Both the position numbers and the translations under genes were made by a program. From Armatimonadota bacterium (GTDB lineage: Bacteria; Armatimonadota; UBA5829), in contig JBMNES010000001.1 of assembly GCA_050948905.1 (NCBI GenBank), positions 1,105,155 through 1,169,154 of the forward strand: a stretch of DNA of 64,000 nt, given 5' to 3'. Shown piece by piece: positions 52,839 to 62,616 of the stretch (the stretch's first letter is position 1; each line of letters starts with the position of its first letter). The notes beneath the pieces were generated by a model. It made no database searches, had not been told where the DNA came from, and saw only the letters and a list, made by a program, of their open reading frames with translations.

Positions 52839-54158
52839 CTATTCGGCCTTATGCTTAGGAATGGAGTTGTCCTTTCGGCAAGTCTCAGCCGCCTTTTCCA
52901 TTCTATCCACAAACTGCTGCGGAGTCGAACGGCCGTTTAGCAGGGAGGACATAGCTTCCTGTATCTCCTTGCCCATAGTTCGATACCAGTCGCCGTAGTC
53001 CGTGCCGTAGGTAGTGGTGGCAGCGTTCATATACTTCGCCGGCGCCACCAAAGTCGGTGGCAAATCGACCTCGTCGCTGCCTTTTATGGACATAAGAGTG
53101 TTCTTCTGAACGATGAACTTTTTGGCCATCTCCTGAGAGGTCATGAACTTAAAGAAATCCGCCGCCACATCAGGATGCTTAGCGGCTTTAGGGATAATCC
53201 AGGTCTCAACGCCGCACAATACCACCGAAGGATCACCTTTGCCGCCAGCAATCACCGGCGGGTTGAAATACTCCATGTGGAAAGTCGACGGCATCTGCAT
53301 TTTCATCTCCGAGCCGAGCCACGTCCCGCACGGGATCATCGCCGCCCTGCCGAGTACGAATTCCATCTGGCTCTCGGTGTGGCTCATCCCCATAGCGCCC
53401 TTCTGGAAGTAGCCCTTGTCACGCAGTTCTGCGATCATCTCCGCCGCTTTCAGGAACGCCGGAGCTTTCCAAGCGCCCGGTTTCAGGTTTTCAGCGTCGT
53501 AAAAACCCTGCAAACCACCTGCGCTGATAGCCCACGGGAAGAAGAAGCCCTGCAGCATATACTGCGGATATTTGCCCTGGAAGGTGATCGGCGCGATACC
53601 GGCCTTTTTGATCTTCTCGCACAGCACCAGCAGTTCGTCGTAGGTCTTCGGCGGCGTCCATCCGTGTTTCTTGAACATATCCACGTTATACCACCAGCCG
53701 AAGATGTTGTTATTAAACGGCATTATATAGTAATGGCCGTTATATTTTCCCTTGTCCAGAAGCGACGGATAAAACGTCTCTTTCCAGGTTTTGTCGGAGC
53801 CGTAGGCCTTGGTTTCGAGATATTTGTCCATCTCCAAAACCTGCCCATCCACGACCATCGCCCACACGTCCATATCCCATCCCGGCCAGGTCAGATCCGG
53901 CACATCGCCACGCACGAATCTCGGACGCAGTTGCTCCCATACGCGAGGGTTGCCCCACAGATTGATCTTCACATTGGGGTGCTGCTTTTCGTATTCACGA
54001 GCCGCATATTCGAAGAAGTCCAGACCGAACCCGCCCTGAAAAGATGCTACCTCGATCTCGATTTTGCCGTCGGCTGTTTTACCGGCGCCGGATTTGTCGC
54101 CGCAGCCCGTAATCATAAGGGCAAACAACGCTATAATAATAATGAGAATGTTACGCAT
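52839..54158 (-). CDS. ABC transporter extracellular solute-binding lipoprotein (sugar-type)
   Basis: ORF trimmed to ATG 54158 (MRNILIIIIALFALMITGCGD, lipobox ITGC; GGAGG upstream). Family-1 SBP-like sequence. Confidence 0.8.
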   Translation of the reverse strand: MRNILIIIIALFALMITGCGDKSGAGKTADGKIEIEVASFQGGFGLDFFEYAAREYEKQHPNVKINLWGNPRVWEQLRPRFVRGDVPDLTWPGWDMDVWAMVVDGQVLEMDKYLETKAYGSDKTWKETFYPSLLDKGKYNGHYYIMPFNNNIFGWWYNVDMFKKHGWTPPKTYDELLVLCEKIKKAGIAPITFQGKYPQYMLQGFFFPWAISAGGLQGFYDAENLKPGAWKAPAFLKAAEMIAELRDKGYFQKGAMGMSHTESQMEFVLGRAAMIPCGTWLGSEMKMQMPSTFHMEYFNPPVIAGGKGDPSVVLCGVETWIIPKAAKHPDVAADFFKFMTSQEMAKKFIVQKNTLMSIKGSDEVDLPPTLVAPAKYMNAATTTYGTDYGDWYRTMGKEIQEAMSSLLNGRSTPQQFVDRMEKAAETCRKDNSIPKHKAE

Positions 54159-54294
54159 TAACTCTGCCTCCGGGACATTTTTGACCAGAGGTAGAGTATC
54201 ACAGATGGGGTATACAGTCAATTATTTTCGCACGGAGGTAGAGTGCTCAGGCGTGGAGAATACCCTATTGTATAGAAAACCACAGAGGTTATAA

Positions 54295-55602
54295 ATGAAC
54301 GAGTCTATAGACAGAACCGGATCGAAATTTGAATGGATGGGGCGCGATGAGCTTACCCAGTTCCAAAACCAGGCCCTGTCACGCAGCGTAAAGCAAGCCG
54401 CGAAATCACCTTATTATTCTCAGAGGTTTGCAAAGGCGGGCCTCGATCCGGGAGATATAAAGGGCACAGACGACATTACATCTCTGCCGTTTACCACAAA
54501 AGACGACTTGCGGCTGAGCTACCCGAACACTATGCTCACAGTAGAGCCGGAAAAGGTGATCCGCATGCATACCTCAAGCGGCACCACGGGTAAGCCCACG
54601 GCAATCTTCCATACCAGAGAGGACGTCGATAACTGGGCGGAACTTATGGCGAGATCGCTGGCGATGGCGGGAGCCACCTCGCAGGACGTTTTCCAGAACA
54701 TGTCCGGCTATGGCTTGTTCACCGGCGGGCTGGGGTTGCACTATGGCGCAGAGAGGCTGGGGATGTGGGTTATCCCCGCGGGCGCAGGCAACACGGCCAG
54801 GCAGATAATGCTTATCAGGGATTTCCGCGTGACCGTGGTCCACGCCACTCCGAGCTACGCGATGCATGTAGCCGAGCGCATGGTGCAGGAAGGCGACGAC
54901 CCTAAGAGCTTGAACATCAAAATTGCAGCGCTGGGCGCAGAGCCATATACCGAAGAGCTTAGACTCAAACTTCAGGACCTCTACGGATTTAAGGCATTTA
55001 ACAGCTATGGCCTGAGCGAGATGAACGGTCCCGGCGTGGCTTTTGAGTGCCCATATCAAAATGGCATGCACATCTGGGAGGACAGCTACCTGGTGGAGAT
55101 CATAAACCCGGAGACCCTGCAGCCCGTGGCAGACGGAGAGATCGGGGAGCTGGTGCTAACCACGCTCAGGCGTACGGCGATGCCGATTATTCGCTATCGC
55201 ACCAGGGACCTGACGCGCAAGATGCTCGGAGAGTGTCCGTGTGGACGCAAGCACGTGAGACTGTCGAGGTTCGTCGGTCGATCGGACGATATGCTTATAA
55301 TTCGCGGGGTCAACGTCTTCCCAAGCCAGATCGAAGAGGTTATTATGCGCCACGACTGGCTCGGCGGCAACTACGTCATAAACCTGTCGAAAAAGCAGGC
55401 GCTGGATCAGATGACTGTCAGAGTCGAGATCGCAAAGACCGGCTTCGACGGTTCTATGCAGACGCTGCGCAACCTCCGCGCCGATTTGCAGAGGGAGCTA
55501 AAGGAGCAGATAGGGTTCACGGCGGATATCGATGTGCTGGAACCGGGCAGTTTGCCGACGAGCGACGGCAAGGCCAAACGAGTAATCGACGAGCGAAATT
55601 GA
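54295..55602 (+). CDS. Phenylacetate-CoA ligase family protein (PaaK/coenzyme F390 synthetase-like)
   Basis: AMP-binding motif HTSSGTTGKPT, and PaaK-like N- and C-terminal domains. Confidence 0.85.
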   Translation: MNESIDRTGSKFEWMGRDELTQFQNQALSRSVKQAAKSPYYSQRFAKAGLDPGDIKGTDDITSLPFTTKDDLRLSYPNTMLTVEPEKVIRMHTSSGTTGKPTAIFHTREDVDNWAELMARSLAMAGATSQDVFQNMSGYGLFTGGLGLHYGAERLGMWVIPAGAGNTARQIMLIRDFRVTVVHATPSYAMHVAERMVQEGDDPKSLNIKIAALGAEPYTEELRLKLQDLYGFKAFNSYGLSEMNGPGVAFECPYQNGMHIWEDSYLVEIINPETLQPVADGEIGELVLTTLRRTAMPIIRYRTRDLTRKMLGECPCGRKHVRLSRFVGRSDDMLIIRGVNVFPSQIEEVIMRHDWLGGNYVINLSKKQALDQMTVRVEIAKTGFDGSMQTLRNLRADLQRELKEQIGFTADIDVLEPGSLPTSDGKAKRVIDERN

Positions 55603-55623
55603 GCGGAAATCAGGAGCGACAAT

Positions 55624-56040
55624 ATGTATAAGGAACTACGAGTATTCGTTGAGAATAGACCCGGCAAGCTGTCAAAAATCGCCGAGTTGCTGGGCGGCGC
55701 CGGCGTCGATCTGTTGGCGCTGGAACTTGCGGATGAAGGGCAGTTCGGGGTCTTTAAGCTGCTGACCGCCGAGCCTGACAAAGCGAAGCAGGTGCTCTCC
55801 GAGGCCAATATGCCTGTCGCGTTCAACCAGGTCGCGATAATCGAAATACCTGATAAGCCGGGCTCGTTGCTGAAACTGTCGCGGGCGATGGAGGATGCGC
55901 AACTGAACATAACCGACGCTTATGGTTGTATCCTCGAACGAGGCAAGCGGGCGGTTTTAGTCGTAAAGGGAGATAAGCTCGACGCTATCGAGGCAGCCGC
56001 AGCCAACGCCGGACTAAAAGCCCTCAGTTCTCTGGATTAG
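55624..56040 (+). CDS. ACT domain-containing protein
   Basis: Two ACT-like halves (LRVFVENRPGKLSKIAELL; IIEIPDKPGSLLKLSRAM). A usual partner of PaaK-like ligases. Confidence 0.75.
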   Translation: MYKELRVFVENRPGKLSKIAELLGGAGVDLLALELADEGQFGVFKLLTAEPDKAKQVLSEANMPVAFNQVAIIEIPDKPGSLLKLSRAMEDAQLNITDAYGCILERGKRAVLVVKGDKLDAIEAAAANAGLKALSSLD

Positions 56041-56060
56041 CGCATATTTAGCGTGTTTGT

Positions 56061-56092
56061 GGCCGGGACGCAGCGCCCGGCCATTTATTTTT
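56061..56092 (+). terminator. Rho-independent terminator after the ACT gene
   Basis: GGCCGGG-8 nt-CCCGGCC followed by ATTTATTTTT. Overlaps the stop codon of the convergent gene. Confidence 0.6.
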
Positions 56093-56909
56093 CCGGATGT
56101 TCCAACATGGAGACGCGGGTTAAAGCCTCCCCTGGTTCGGTGTGTTCCCACAAATATTTTATCTTACGCAGACTGAGTGTGAGATAATCGTCGTCGTCGC
56201 CGAAGACCTCCAGGGTCATGGTGTCGTCGTAACCGGTGTTTTTGATCCGGCGCACGACCTGCACCCAGTTGATATTGCCGACTCCCAGCGGCAGATGTTC
56301 GTCGCTTGTGCCGCCGTGATTATCCGATATATGAAGATGCCCCAGCCTGTGACCAAAATTGGCGAGCAGCTCTTCTGATCTATTGTAAGAAGAATCAAGG
56401 TTGGCGTGGCCGACGTCCAGCAGGAACCGGACGCTGTTGACGGATTCGATCAGGGGTTTTAGCTGAGCTACACGGCTGAACCCTGGGGTGTTTTCCACCA
56501 GCAGAATCATATCCAGCGTCTCCGCCCGTTCGGCCAGACGCACGATAGCCTCCGTGTTTTGTGCTATCATCCACTCTTCATCGAAAAGAGAGACTTTCGT
56601 GTGCGGGTGGACGTTCATCTTGTCGATACCCATATCCCTAAAGACGTCCATACACCGCTCCAGCTCTTTAATCGCAAGCTCACGAAAATCCGGGAAAGGC
56701 GAGGCGATCGGAAGATACCACGCCGTATGGCCCACCGCGAACATATCGGCCTCGTCGAGTGCGTTCACAATCTTATCCGCATTGACCGTGGCCGAGTAGG
56801 TTTGTTCCGGCTCAAGTGTAAGGTCGATAAAATCGAAACCGAGGTCGCGGAACGAAGCGATCTCCTGGGTGACCTCGATCATTGGGTTATTCATTGCGCC
56901 GAATAGCAT
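56085..56909 (-). CDS. Sugar phosphate isomerase/epimerase (xylose isomerase-like TIM barrel)
   Basis: LLDVGHANLDS...GHLHISDNHGGTSDEHLPLGVGNINW. The start is ambiguous (56909 or 56894; ORF-track 56963 overlaps the upstream gene). Confidence 0.75.
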   Translation of the reverse strand: MLFGAMNNPMIEVTQEIASFRDLGFDFIDLTLEPEQTYSATVNADKIVNALDEADMFAVGHTAWYLPIASPFPDFRELAIKELERCMDVFRDMGIDKMNVHPHTKVSLFDEEWMIAQNTEAIVRLAERAETLDMILLVENTPGFSRVAQLKPLIESVNSVRFLLDVGHANLDSSYNRSEELLANFGHRLGHLHISDNHGGTSDEHLPLGVGNINWVQVVRRIKNTGYDDTMTLEVFGDDDDYLTLSLRKIKYLWEHTEPGEALTRVSMLEHPEK

Positions 56910-57612
56910 AGAAATCCGCCCTTTGATGTAACCACGGATCGAGCAACTGCTCTCGATCGACAACTGTCGGAGGGTTTTGTCTGTATTTTAGCCTTTTTTC
57001 GGCCAGTTCATTCCTTATGGAATCCGGAATGCAGCCCATTGAGCTGGGATACTGCCAGTCAAATACATCGACCAGTGCCGCCAGCAATAGCCAGTGCTCC
57101 CCAAGAAGGCTCATAAGCCTGTCCCAATCCAGCCTTTGGCACTGCGCCTGGGCGAGTCGCATGACGTCGGGCCAGTCGCAGCGGTGGCGGTTGATGACGA
57201 AGACTTTGATCCATATAAGCTCTTCGAGAGGCAGAAAATTGAGATGAAGGCCCAAAAACTCCCCAACCGACGCGCGGCTGAACCACTCGTCGGTTATATA
57301 GTTGACCAGATTCGCAAATCGCCAGATCACGTCCAGTATCAACCCCTTTTGACCGGAGTGATAGATCCAGTCCTTATCTCCGGCGGCCTGCTCTCCTATG
57401 TCGACAAACCCGACAGAGCTTAACGCCTCAGCCGCGGCTTGCACTTGATCCTGGGTGACGTAGACGTCGATATCGTGAGTGTTGCGCCACCAGTTTGTGT
57501 AGTGATAGACGGCAAAAGCGCCGCCGACCATAAAGCGAACGCCGGAGTCCTGAAGCGCTCGCAGGGCCTTCATATACAGGTCACGATCCTGAGTGTCGAA
57601 ATGATCGGTCAT
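56887..57612 (-). CDS. Hypothetical protein, possibly nucleotidyltransferase-fold
   Basis: 241 aa. VRFMVGGAFAVYHYT...HDIDVYV resembles a minimal NTase G[SG]...D.D motif. Function uncertain. Confidence 0.45.
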   Translation of the reverse strand: MTDHFDTQDRDLYMKALRALQDSGVRFMVGGAFAVYHYTNWWRNTHDIDVYVTQDQVQAAAEALSSVGFVDIGEQAAGDKDWIYHSGQKGLILDVIWRFANLVNYITDEWFSRASVGEFLGLHLNFLPLEELIWIKVFVINRHRCDWPDVMRLAQAQCQRLDWDRLMSLLGEHWLLLAALVDVFDWQYPSSMGCIPDSIRNELAEKRLKYRQNPPTVVDREQLLDPWLHQRADFYAIRRNE

Positions 57613-57721
57613 GATTATCTAATACCCCAGCAGTCTATTGCGAAAACTTAGTAAATGGGTAGAGGTTTACGGCTGCCTCGTCTATAATAAGAGAGTGATA
57701 GAGTAAGGAGGCTTTCTTTGC

Positions 57722-58660
57722 ATGCGTAATTTTAAACTCGTTGTGCTCGGTCTGGCTGTTGTTATGATGACGGCGGCTGCGTTTACGGCCTGGGCAAAGA
57801 AAGATGCAAAATATGTAGGCTCTGAGGAGTGCATCGCCTGCCACGAAAGCAGTTACGCTGCATTGGTGGCCGGATACAAAAAGACAGCCCATGCGACGGC
57901 GATGTCTGATGCTACAAAGAAACCGGCCGCAGTCAAAGCCAAATTCGACGCGGATTCCCCGATCAAAAAGGCGGATATCAAATACGTGCTCGGCTCGGAA
58001 AAATCCAACCAGAGCTATATGGATAAGGACTTCAAGGTGTTGGGCGGCAAGTGGAACGCGATGTCCAACAACTGGGCTCCGGAGCCGAACGCCGGCAAAA
58101 ACGGCGTGACGCAGTGCGTCGGATGCCACACCACCAACTTCGAGCCGGAGAAGAGAACCTGGACCCAGATGGGCGTCGGCTGTGAGAGCTGCCATGGGCC
58201 GGGTGCTGAGCATGCCGAGAGCATGGACGCCGAGGATATCCAGACCATGAAGGGACTCGACTCCAAAAAGAAATCTATGGTGTGCGGGCAGTGCCATGCC
58301 ACGGGAACCGACCCCAGCGGCAAGTTTGCCTATCCGGTAGATTATCTGCCGGGCGACGACCTCACCAAGAGCTTCAAGCTCAAGGATGTCGCTGAAGGTG
58401 CTGCGAACAATCAGTATAATGAGTTTATCAAAAGCAAGCACTATGAAGGCGGGATGGCTTGTGTCAACTGTCACGACCCGCACGGCGACAAGTCAAAGGC
58501 GGCTCCTCAGCTCAGACAGCCGATCAATGAAGGCTGTTTGACCTGCCATGCTGCAACTATCAAGAGTATGAAAGAGCACGCTCCGACCGCGGGGGAGAAG
58601 GCGACTTGCGCCACCTGCCATATGCCGCGCGGCTCACACGCCTTCAAAAAAGCCGAATAA
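57722..58660 (+). CDS. Secreted multiheme c-type cytochrome (7 CXXCH motifs)
   Basis: Signal peptide MRNFKLVVLGLAVVMMTAAAFTAWA. Heme motifs CIACH, CVGCH, CESCH, CGQCH, CVNCH, CLTCH, CATCH. Confidence 0.85.
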   Translation: MRNFKLVVLGLAVVMMTAAAFTAWAKKDAKYVGSEECIACHESSYAALVAGYKKTAHATAMSDATKKPAAVKAKFDADSPIKKADIKYVLGSEKSNQSYMDKDFKVLGGKWNAMSNNWAPEPNAGKNGVTQCVGCHTTNFEPEKRTWTQMGVGCESCHGPGAEHAESMDAEDIQTMKGLDSKKKSMVCGQCHATGTDPSGKFAYPVDYLPGDDLTKSFKLKDVAEGAANNQYNEFIKSKHYEGGMACVNCHDPHGDKSKAAPQLRQPINEGCLTCHAATIKSMKEHAPTAGEKATCATCHMPRGSHAFKKAE

Positions 58661-58681
58661 ATACGAGTTAACAGACGATGG

Positions 58682-58716
58682 AAAGGGCGCCGTTTCAGCG
58701 CCCTTTTCTGGTTTTT
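58682..58716 (+). terminator. Rho-independent terminator after the cytochrome gene
   Basis: AAAGGGCGC-7 nt-GCGCCCTTT followed by TCTGGTTTTT. Confidence 0.75.
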
Positions 58717-58810
58717 GTGGTTGATTCGCGGCGTGTTTATGTTTGCTCGTTGCGTTTCTGGGATAGGACGAGTAAAATTGACGGTAATGATATTTCACGG
58801 ACGAGATCGT

Positions 58811-60421
58811 ATGACACAGGCTGCGAGATATTTAGCGCCGCTGATTGCGTGCTTATGCGCTATGGCGGGCGCGTGTTGGGCTGAGGCGGTTCCGGTGCGG
58901 ATTATGATGGGTTCCAGCGAGGCGCCACTGGCTCCTGCGCCAGTATTCGACGGGGCAGGGGTGTTGGCCCCGGTTCAGATCGTCTCAATGCTGGGAGCAA
59001 GCAGGGTCGACGCGGAAAACGGTGACATATTGGTCACGGCCGCCGGCGGGCAGTCCGCAAACATAAAGCCCGTCTACATAAATGGCAACCGCATGATCCC
59101 GATGGATAAGCTGATCTCGCTGATCGGCGGAGAGCGGATATGGGATCCGGCGAAACGCACGCTTAAGTTAATTGCGCACCTCAGCTCGGTGGAATTTGAC
59201 GATGACACCCTCAAGATAAACTGCTCATTTCCTGTGCGCGTCTCTACGAGTATGTGGAACGGCAACATCGTGGTGGATGTGGCCAATACAAAGCTTGTCT
59301 CTGAGGCCAAAGAAGTCTACATAGGCACGCCGCTGGTCTCTAAGGCCAGGCTCGGTCAGTTCGATACTTCGACCGCGCGCGTTGTGCTGGAATTGGCGAA
59401 AAACACGGGTTATACGCTCGAATCTAACGGCGCTGTGTCACAGGTTCAACTTAAAGTCGGGGATGGGCTGGTTCCACCTGCGCCGGCTGTGGCGTCGTCA
59501 CAGCCTCAAAGCGGTAAATCATCGTATACGATTAATTCGATCAACATTCAAGGCGATGAGAGGTCTTTCACCGTTGGAATAGCGACGTCCGGCAAATCGG
59601 CTGCAACGAGCAGCTTATCCGTAACTCCGCCGGAGATTCGCGTCGATTTGCCCGGAGGCAGGCTGGCGGAATCCTGCGATATCGCTGGGTCACATCCGTT
59701 GGTTAAACCGGAACTCGTTAGGACATCGTCCGGGGCGCAGTTGGTGTTGAAGCTGACCAGGCCATTGGCTTATAGCGTGGACGTTCGCGAGACGGAGACG
59801 GTGATATATGTGCGGCCTGCCGACAAGTCGGGAGGCACGCTGGCGAGCAAGGTTATAGTGATAGACCCTGGGCATGGCGGCAAAGAAGGCGGTGCGCAGG
59901 CGGGGGGCGTCAGCGAAAAGACGATCAATTTGCAGTTGGCAAAACAACTCGCTGCGTCGCTCGAAAAGCAGGGCGCGCACGTCATTTTGACCAGAAGCGG
60001 GGACGAACAGGTAGGGCTATCGGCTCGACCGAAAATGGCTATCGACGCCAGCGCGGACTTTTTCATCTCTTTGCACTGCAATTCAAACGTATCACCGAAC
60101 AGTGCGACGGGTATAGAGACATATTATCACCAGCAGTTGCCGAGCCCTAAGCTGCTGGCTCAAGCTATCCACGATGGGGTATGCAAGTTTACGGGCATGT
60201 GCGACAGGAAGGCCCGCAGCGACCGCGTTTTATATCAGTCTGGCCTCGGCGTGCTGAGGGGATTGGCCAATTCGGGGATTCCGGGAGTGCTGGTAGAATG
60301 CGGCTATCTCAATCATTCCACCGATCGCGCAAAACTCAGGGACGCTGCGTATAGATCGAAGCTGGCCGAGGGAATTGTTGCGGGGCTTAAAGCGTACATA
60401 GAAGGGATACCGATACAATAA
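58811..60421 (+). CDS. N-acetylmuramoyl-L-alanine amidase (Amidase_3) with N-terminal stalk and AMIN-like domains
   Basis: ATG 58811 (MTQAARYLAPLIACLCAMAGACWA). Catalytic domain VIVIDPGHGGKEGGA...FFISLHCNS...ECGYLNH. Confidence 0.8.
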   Translation: MTQAARYLAPLIACLCAMAGACWAEAVPVRIMMGSSEAPLAPAPVFDGAGVLAPVQIVSMLGASRVDAENGDILVTAAGGQSANIKPVYINGNRMIPMDKLISLIGGERIWDPAKRTLKLIAHLSSVEFDDDTLKINCSFPVRVSTSMWNGNIVVDVANTKLVSEAKEVYIGTPLVSKARLGQFDTSTARVVLELAKNTGYTLESNGAVSQVQLKVGDGLVPPAPAVASSQPQSGKSSYTINSINIQGDERSFTVGIATSGKSAATSSLSVTPPEIRVDLPGGRLAESCDIAGSHPLVKPELVRTSSGAQLVLKLTRPLAYSVDVRETETVIYVRPADKSGGTLASKVIVIDPGHGGKEGGAQAGGVSEKTINLQLAKQLAASLEKQGAHVILTRSGDEQVGLSARPKMAIDASADFFISLHCNSNVSPNSATGIETYYHQQLPSPKLLAQAIHDGVCKFTGMCDRKARSDRVLYQSGLGVLRGLANSGIPGVLVECGYLNHSTDRAKLRDAAYRSKLAEGIVAGLKAYIEGIPIQ

Positions 60422-60455
60422 ATGACGGGGCTATCGCAGGAGGCGAGTCGGTTCG

Positions 60456-61076
60456 ATGGCTAAAAGACGAAAAAAATCAGGTGGGTCGGCGGCGCTGTTT
60501 ATCGCAGGGATGCTACTAATCTGCGCGGCGGCTGCGGGTGCCTATTATTATATGAATAATCAGCCGACCGGTTTGGTTACTCCGGCGCAGAAGCCTGTCG
60601 TGACTGTGACTCCGAACGCTGCGCCTGCCGTGTCCCAACGTACTGTCCGTATTTATCTACCGGTGGCGGGGAAGCGCGGATTTTATCTGAAGCCTGTGGC
60701 TGTGACGAGCAGCAAAAAGGGAGAGATACTCGACGCGGCGCTGGGTGAACTGCTTGCCACCAACACGAAGTCTGGCCCAGCGGCGGAATTGATCCCTAAA
60801 GGAACGAAATCGCTGGCTCCGGTGAACGTTCACGACGGGGTTGCGACTATTGACCTTAGCAGCCAGTTCACGGACAATTTCTCCGGTGGTTCCGAACAGG
60901 AGGCGCTTACCATAAACGCTATCGCTCATACGCTGGTGGCAAACAGCGGTGGCAAGGTAAAAAGCGTCCTTATTTTGGTAAATGGGGGATCGGTTGAGAC
61001 ACTGGGAGGGCATCTGGAGCTTTCTTATCCGATAGAAGCGGACTCTACGTTGCTTCAACCGGATGGTTCAAAGTGA
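60456..61076 (+). CDS. GerMN domain-containing protein (GerM-like)
   Basis: N-terminal TM anchor. GerMN-like region (ATIDLSSQFTDNFSGGSEQEALTINAIAHTL...GGKVKSVLILVNG). Confidence 0.7.
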   Translation: MAKRRKKSGGSAALFIAGMLLICAAAAGAYYYMNNQPTGLVTPAQKPVVTVTPNAAPAVSQRTVRIYLPVAGKRGFYLKPVAVTSSKKGEILDAALGELLATNTKSGPAAELIPKGTKSLAPVNVHDGVATIDLSSQFTDNFSGGSEQEALTINAIAHTLVANSGGKVKSVLILVNGGSVETLGGHLELSYPIEADSTLLQPDGSK

Positions 61077-61894
61077 CCTCTCCGATAGGTGTATTCGATT
61101 CCGGCCTTGGTGGATTGAGCGTCGCCGCCCGCATTCTTCAGATTCTGCCCAATGAGCGCATCGTCTACTTTGCGGATACCGCACACGTGCCGTATGGGGA
61201 GCGCTCCTTTGATGAAATTCAGCAGTTTTCTCTCAATATCGTCAGATTTCTCGTCGGAAAGGGAGTAAAGGCTGTGGTTGCGGCTTGCAATCTATCGAGC
61301 GCGGTCGCCTTGACGAAGGTGAGGGATACCTGGCCAGATCTGCCGATTCTTGGGGTAATCGAACCCGGCGCGAGGGCGGCTGTGCAGGCGTCAAATGGAA
61401 ATCCAATTGGGGTGCTGGCCACGACGGGTGCGATAAAAAGCCAGGCATACGATAAGGCGATTGCACGGCTGGATGATTCCATAAAAGTAACCGGGCAGGC
61501 TTGTCCTAAATTTGTGCCGTTAGTGGAATCAGGCCTGGCGGAAAGCGATCAGGCTAAGGAGGCTGCCAGGGAGTACGTTCCGAGGTTGCTTGAGGCGGGC
61601 TGCAAAACTATCGTGCTTGGCTGCACTCATTATCCCTTTTTGATGAAAAGCATTCGATCGGCTGCGGGTGAGGATATCGCTATAATCGATCCCGCGCAGG
61701 AAACCGCCGCCGAACTTGGGAATATTCTTACCAGGCACAAAATAGCGAGTGATGAGCTAAAATCCGCTCATGAGTTCTATTCCAGCGGCGATTCGAGCGG
61801 GTTTAAGGCTTTGGGAAGCGAGTTTTTGGGGCGCGACATCGACAAGGTGACGCGCGTTGACATTGAAGATTTACCACGGGGGACTAATATATGA
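61073..61894 (+). CDS. murI: Glutamate racemase
   Basis: IGVFDSGLGGLSV...VVAACNLSS...LGCTHYPFL, with both catalytic Cys motifs. GTG start overlaps the gerM-like stop (GTGA). Confidence 0.9.
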   Translation: MTSPIGVFDSGLGGLSVAARILQILPNERIVYFADTAHVPYGERSFDEIQQFSLNIVRFLVGKGVKAVVAACNLSSAVALTKVRDTWPDLPILGVIEPGARAAVQASNGNPIGVLATTGAIKSQAYDKAIARLDDSIKVTGQACPKFVPLVESGLAESDQAKEAAREYVPRLLEAGCKTIVLGCTHYPFLMKSIRSAAGEDIAIIDPAQETAAELGNILTRHKIASDELKSAHEFYSSGDSSGFKALGSEFLGRDIDKVTRVDIEDLPRGTNI

Positions 61895-62616
61895 TTCGCC
61901 TTGACGGCCGGGCAACAGACCAACTTCGACCAGTTAAAATAACACGCAATTTTCTGAAATACCCGGAGGGGAGCTGCCTCATTGAGATGGGTGACACGAA
62001 AGTCATCTGCTCTGCGTTTATCGAGGACAAGGTTCCGCCTTTTTTGAAGGGTTCGGGGCAGGGCTGGGTGACTGCGGAGTATGGTATGCTGCCGGGTTCG
62101 TGTGAGACCAGGGCGAGAAGGGACGCCACAGTCGGGCGAGTCAACGGCAGGGGCCAGGAGATTCAGCGATTGGTGGGCAGAGCTATACGCTCGATCGCCG
62201 ATCTTAACGGGTTCGGCGAACGGACGATTTGGCTGGATTGTGACGTGCTGCAGGCAGATGGCGGAACCAGGACGGCGTCTGTCACCGGGGCTTTCGTGGC
62301 CTTCGTCGATGCTTGCGCGCAGATGAAAAAAGAAAACATCTGCAAGAAACTGCCGTTTTCGGACATCATCTCCGCTATCAGCGTAGGAATCGTGATGGGC
62401 GAGGAACTATTGGACCTCAACTACAAGGAGGATTCCAACGCGCAGGTCGATATGAATGTGATTATGACCGAGAATGGCAGGATAGTCGAGGTACAGACGA
62501 CCGGCGAGGGTGCTCCGTTTACTCGTAAAAAGTTCGATTCGCTGCTCGATCTGGCGCAGAAGGGCGTTGTGGAGCTAACGTCGATGGTCAAGTCGACTCT
62601 CGCGGATGTGCTGTGA
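61891..62616 (+). CDS. rph: Ribonuclease PH
   Basis: RLDGRATDQLRPVKITRNF...GWVTAEYGMLP...DCDVLQADGGTRTASVTGAF. ATGA overlap with murI. Confidence 0.9.
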   Translation: MIRLDGRATDQLRPVKITRNFLKYPEGSCLIEMGDTKVICSAFIEDKVPPFLKGSGQGWVTAEYGMLPGSCETRARRDATVGRVNGRGQEIQRLVGRAIRSIADLNGFGERTIWLDCDVLQADGGTRTASVTGAFVAFVDACAQMKKENICKKLPFSDIISAISVGIVMGEELLDLNYKEDSNAQVDMNVIMTENGRIVEVQTTGEGAPFTRKKFDSLLDLAQKGVVELTSMVKSTLADVL

